Of a DNA stretch of 64,000 nucleotides, positions 62,291 through 64,000 are shown one piece after another. A program made the translations under genes and the position numbers. Source of the DNA: Eledone cirrhosa (taxonomy: Eukaryota). Below the pieces are notes generated by a model that was given only the letters and a program-made list of their open reading frames with translations, did no database searches and was not told the DNA's origin. The stretch is from the NCBI GenBank assembly GCA_964016885.1, contig OZ024741.1, positions 374,728,001-374,792,000 on the forward strand, in the 5' to 3' direction. The number at the start of each line of letters is the position of its first letter. Within the stretch, counting starts at the first letter, position 1.

Positions 62291-63218
62291 ACCTATCGCA
62301 GCTCTTCTACCACTCTCTAATATATTAACATACATAACATTATGACCTCTCGCAGCTCTTCTACCACTCTCTAATATATTAACATACATAACATTATGAC
62401 CTCTCGCAGCTCTTCTACCACTCTCTAATATATTAACATACATAACATTATGACCTATCGCAGCTCTTCTACCACTCTCTAATATATTAACATACATAAC
62501 ATTATGACCTATCGCAGCTCTTCTACCACTCTCTAATATATTAACATACATAACATTATGACCTATCGCAGCTCTTCTACCACTCTCTAATATATTAACA
62601 TACATAACATTATGACCTCTCGCAGCTCTTCTACCACTCTCTAATATATTAACATACATAACATTATGACCTCTCGCAGCGCTTCTACCACTCTCTAATA
62701 TATTAACATACATAACATTATGACCTATTGTAGCTCTTCTACCACTCTCTAATATATTAACATACATAACATTATGACCTCTCGCAGCTCTTCTACCACT
62801 CTCTAATATATTAACATACATCACATTATGACCTCTCGCAGCTCTTCTACCACTCTCTAATATATTAACATACATAACATTATGACCTCTCGCAGCGCTT
62901 CTACCACTCTCTAATATATTAACATACATAACATTATGACCTATTGCAGCTCTTCTACCACTCTCTAATATATTAACATACATAACATTATGACCTCTCG
63001 CAGCACTTCTACCACTCTCTAATATATTACCATACATAACATTAAGACCTATTGCAGCTCTTCTACCACTCTCTAATATATTAACATACATAACATTATG
63101 ACCTATCGCAGCTCTTCTACCACTCTCTAATATATTAACATACATAACACAATAACTTTATCCAAACTGACGTAAAACTGAAACATTATATTCTCGTGAC
63201 AATACTTGAATGACTTTT

Positions 63219-63234
63219 AATTAACACCAATTGT
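63219..63234 (+). repeat. Left target-site duplication of the SINE (AATTAACACCAATTGT)
   Basis: 15/16 match to 63441-63456; directly abuts the SINE 5' end. Confidence 0.88.
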
Positions 63235-63440
63235 AGGGCAGCGGATTGGCAATACCGATAGAGCGTCGGACCACATGCTTCGTGGCATAGAGGTACAGGC
63301 CTTCTCGTTCTGTGTTCAAAATCCCGCCGAGGTTAACTTTCCCTTTCATCCTTACGGGGATAAAATAAAGCACCAGTAATACACTAGATCGATTTAATCG
63401 ACTTTCCCCTCCCCTTCAAATTGCTGGCTTTGTGCGAAAC
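63235..63440 (+). mobile_element. tRNA-derived SINE, ~206 bp, diverged copy; resembles abundant Octopus SINEs
   Basis: Seen: A-box-like TGGCAATACCGA (63247-63258), B-box-like GTTCAAAATCC (63314-63324) and flanking 16-bp direct repeats. Recalled, not searched: the body CCGCCGAGGTTAACTTTCCCTTTCATCCTTACGGGGATAAAATAAGCACCAG...GATCGATTTAATCGACT resembles the octopus SINE core. Confidence 0.85.
63247..63324 (+). promoter_or_regulatory. Degenerate internal RNA polymerase III type-2 promoter (A box and B box) of the SINE
   Basis: TGGC-starting A-box-like motif 12 nt after the element start and a GTTCAA-containing B-box-like motif downstream. Both deviate from consensus, so activity is doubtful. Confidence 0.55.
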
Positions 63441-63456
63441 AATTAACGCCAATTGT
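63441..63456 (+). repeat. Right target-site duplication of the SINE (AATTAACGCCAATTGT)
   Basis: 15/16 match to 63219-63234; directly follows the SINE 3' end. Confidence 0.88.
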
Positions 63457-63667
63457 GGTTGTTCTTTCTTTTCTTCCTTCTTTCCTCTCCCCCGTCATAT
63501 CGTTCTATTACTGTTGTCAACGTAAGTATTGTGTTTCATAAACCTATTGTTATGTTGTGTTAGTTTCCACTGTTCTAATTCGTTTACATGTAATTTTCTA
63601 AGTTGAATTTCTGAGCTCGCTGTGGTTGGCTTAGCTTAAGAAATATTTATATCAGTGACGGATTGAA

Positions 63668-63720
63668 GGTGGTGGTGGTGCTGAGCGGGATGATGGTAGT
63701 GGTGGGAGAGGGGGAGGGTG
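63668..63720. repeat. (GGT)4 microsatellite and adjacent G-rich low-complexity tract
   Basis: GGTGGTGGTGGTG at 63668-63680, followed by G-runs to 63718. Confidence 0.75.
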
Positions 63721-63755
63721 ACTGGCGGAGGCCCACAATATTCAAAGTGTCCGAA

Positions 63756-63787
63756 ATTATTATTATTATTATTATTATTTTTTTTTT
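63756..63787. repeat. (ATT)8 microsatellite followed by poly-T
   Basis: Read directly from the sequence. Confidence 0.95.
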
Positions 63788-63873
63788 GCTACCATAGGAA
63801 ATTTCAGCAAGAGTCCCCCTGCAAGCTTAATCCATCTCCAGTTCTTATTAAATGATTCATAATTAAATGTCTC

Positions 63874-63926
<53 letters not shown>
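63874..63926. repeat. (TCTG)13 microsatellite
   Basis: Read directly from the sequence. Confidence 0.97.
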
Positions 63927-63982
63927 ACCCCCCTCTCTCTCGTTATTCTTTTTATCACTGATGGAAAACCTATATTTAATAT

Positions 63983-64000
63983 TCTCTCTCTCTCTCTCTC
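63983..64000. repeat. (TC)n microsatellite, truncated by the window end
   Basis: Read directly from the sequence. Confidence 0.95.

Larger units (their letters stand above)
52403..63145 (-). other. 3580-codon open reading frame made only of the 18-codon repeat (MYVNILESGRRAAIGHNV)n; probably incidental, coding status unproven
   Basis: From the ORF track. It has no non-repeat domain, signal peptide or recognisable motif, and there is an in-frame stop just upstream (63158-63160). The confidence value refers to it being a real CDS. Confidence 0.1.
1..63149. repeat. 54-bp tandem satellite array, ~1170 monomers, single orientation, truncated by the left window edge
   Basis: The unit ACATTATGACCTATCGCAGCTCTTCTACCACTCTCTAATATATTAACATACATA recurs continuously with typically 0-4 substitutions per copy and rare small indels. 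No intervening unique sequence was seen. The last repeat bases are ...TATATTAACATACATAACA at 63149. Confidence 0.99.

Noticed and set aside
1-63149. CRISPR array
   Set aside because: There are no unique spacers, since the whole 54 bp is repeated. There are no cas genes, and the flank is eukaryotic (SINE, microsatellites).
1-63149. Telomeric repeat origin (minus strand TTAGAGAGTGG)
   Set aside because: Only a single one-mismatch TTAGGG-like hexamer per monomer, and no tandem telomeric repeats.
1-63149. Programmed diversification cassette or DGR-like variable repeat system
   Set aside because: Variation is inherited in duplicated blocks and affects all bases. No reverse transcriptase, recombinase or template/variable pair is present.
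1-63149. Tandem structured RNA gene cluster (tRNA, 5S, snRNA, pre-miRNA)
   Set aside because: The monomer has no pol III boxes or recognisable RNA-family motif. Its only dyad is a 10-12 bp AT palindrome, too short for a precursor hairpin.
63235-63330. Functional tRNA gene
   Set aside because: The boxes are degenerate, I could not fold a convincing cloverleaf, and the sequence continues into a SINE body bounded by a TSD.
63458-63530. Small plus-strand exon (pyrimidine tract followed by the GTAAGT donor at 63522)
   Set aside because: There is no AG acceptor between the tract and the donor, and no ORF support. A single hexamer match is weak evidence without transcript data.

Overview
About 98.7% of the window (1 to ~63149) is one head-to-tail tandem array of a 54-bp, ~33% GC monomer, consensus ACATTATGACCTATCGCAGCTCTTCTACCACTCTCTAATATATTAACATACATA. 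It has ~1170 copies in one orientation and runs off the left edge. Diagnostic SNPs and indels show nested higher-order duplications (periods of 108, 864, 1080, 1404, 2105, 2322, ~2.9-5.0 kb variable, 4859 and 5077-5347 bp) and a distinct right-edge domain. The long minus-strand ORFs (MYVNILESGRRAAIGHNV)n arise because 54 is divisible by 3 and one frame lacks stops. They are probably not genes, but a 10.7-kb uninterrupted frame starting in the terminal monomer deserves a test. The array ends abruptly. The last ~850 bp are animal-type non-coding DNA with a tRNA-derived SINE (16-bp target-site duplication; from memory it resembles the abundant Octopus SINEs) and several microsatellites. I found no recognisable protein-coding gene, RNA gene or CRISPR system, and I cannot support a claim of a new enzymatic system. 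The interest lies in the satellite's architecture.
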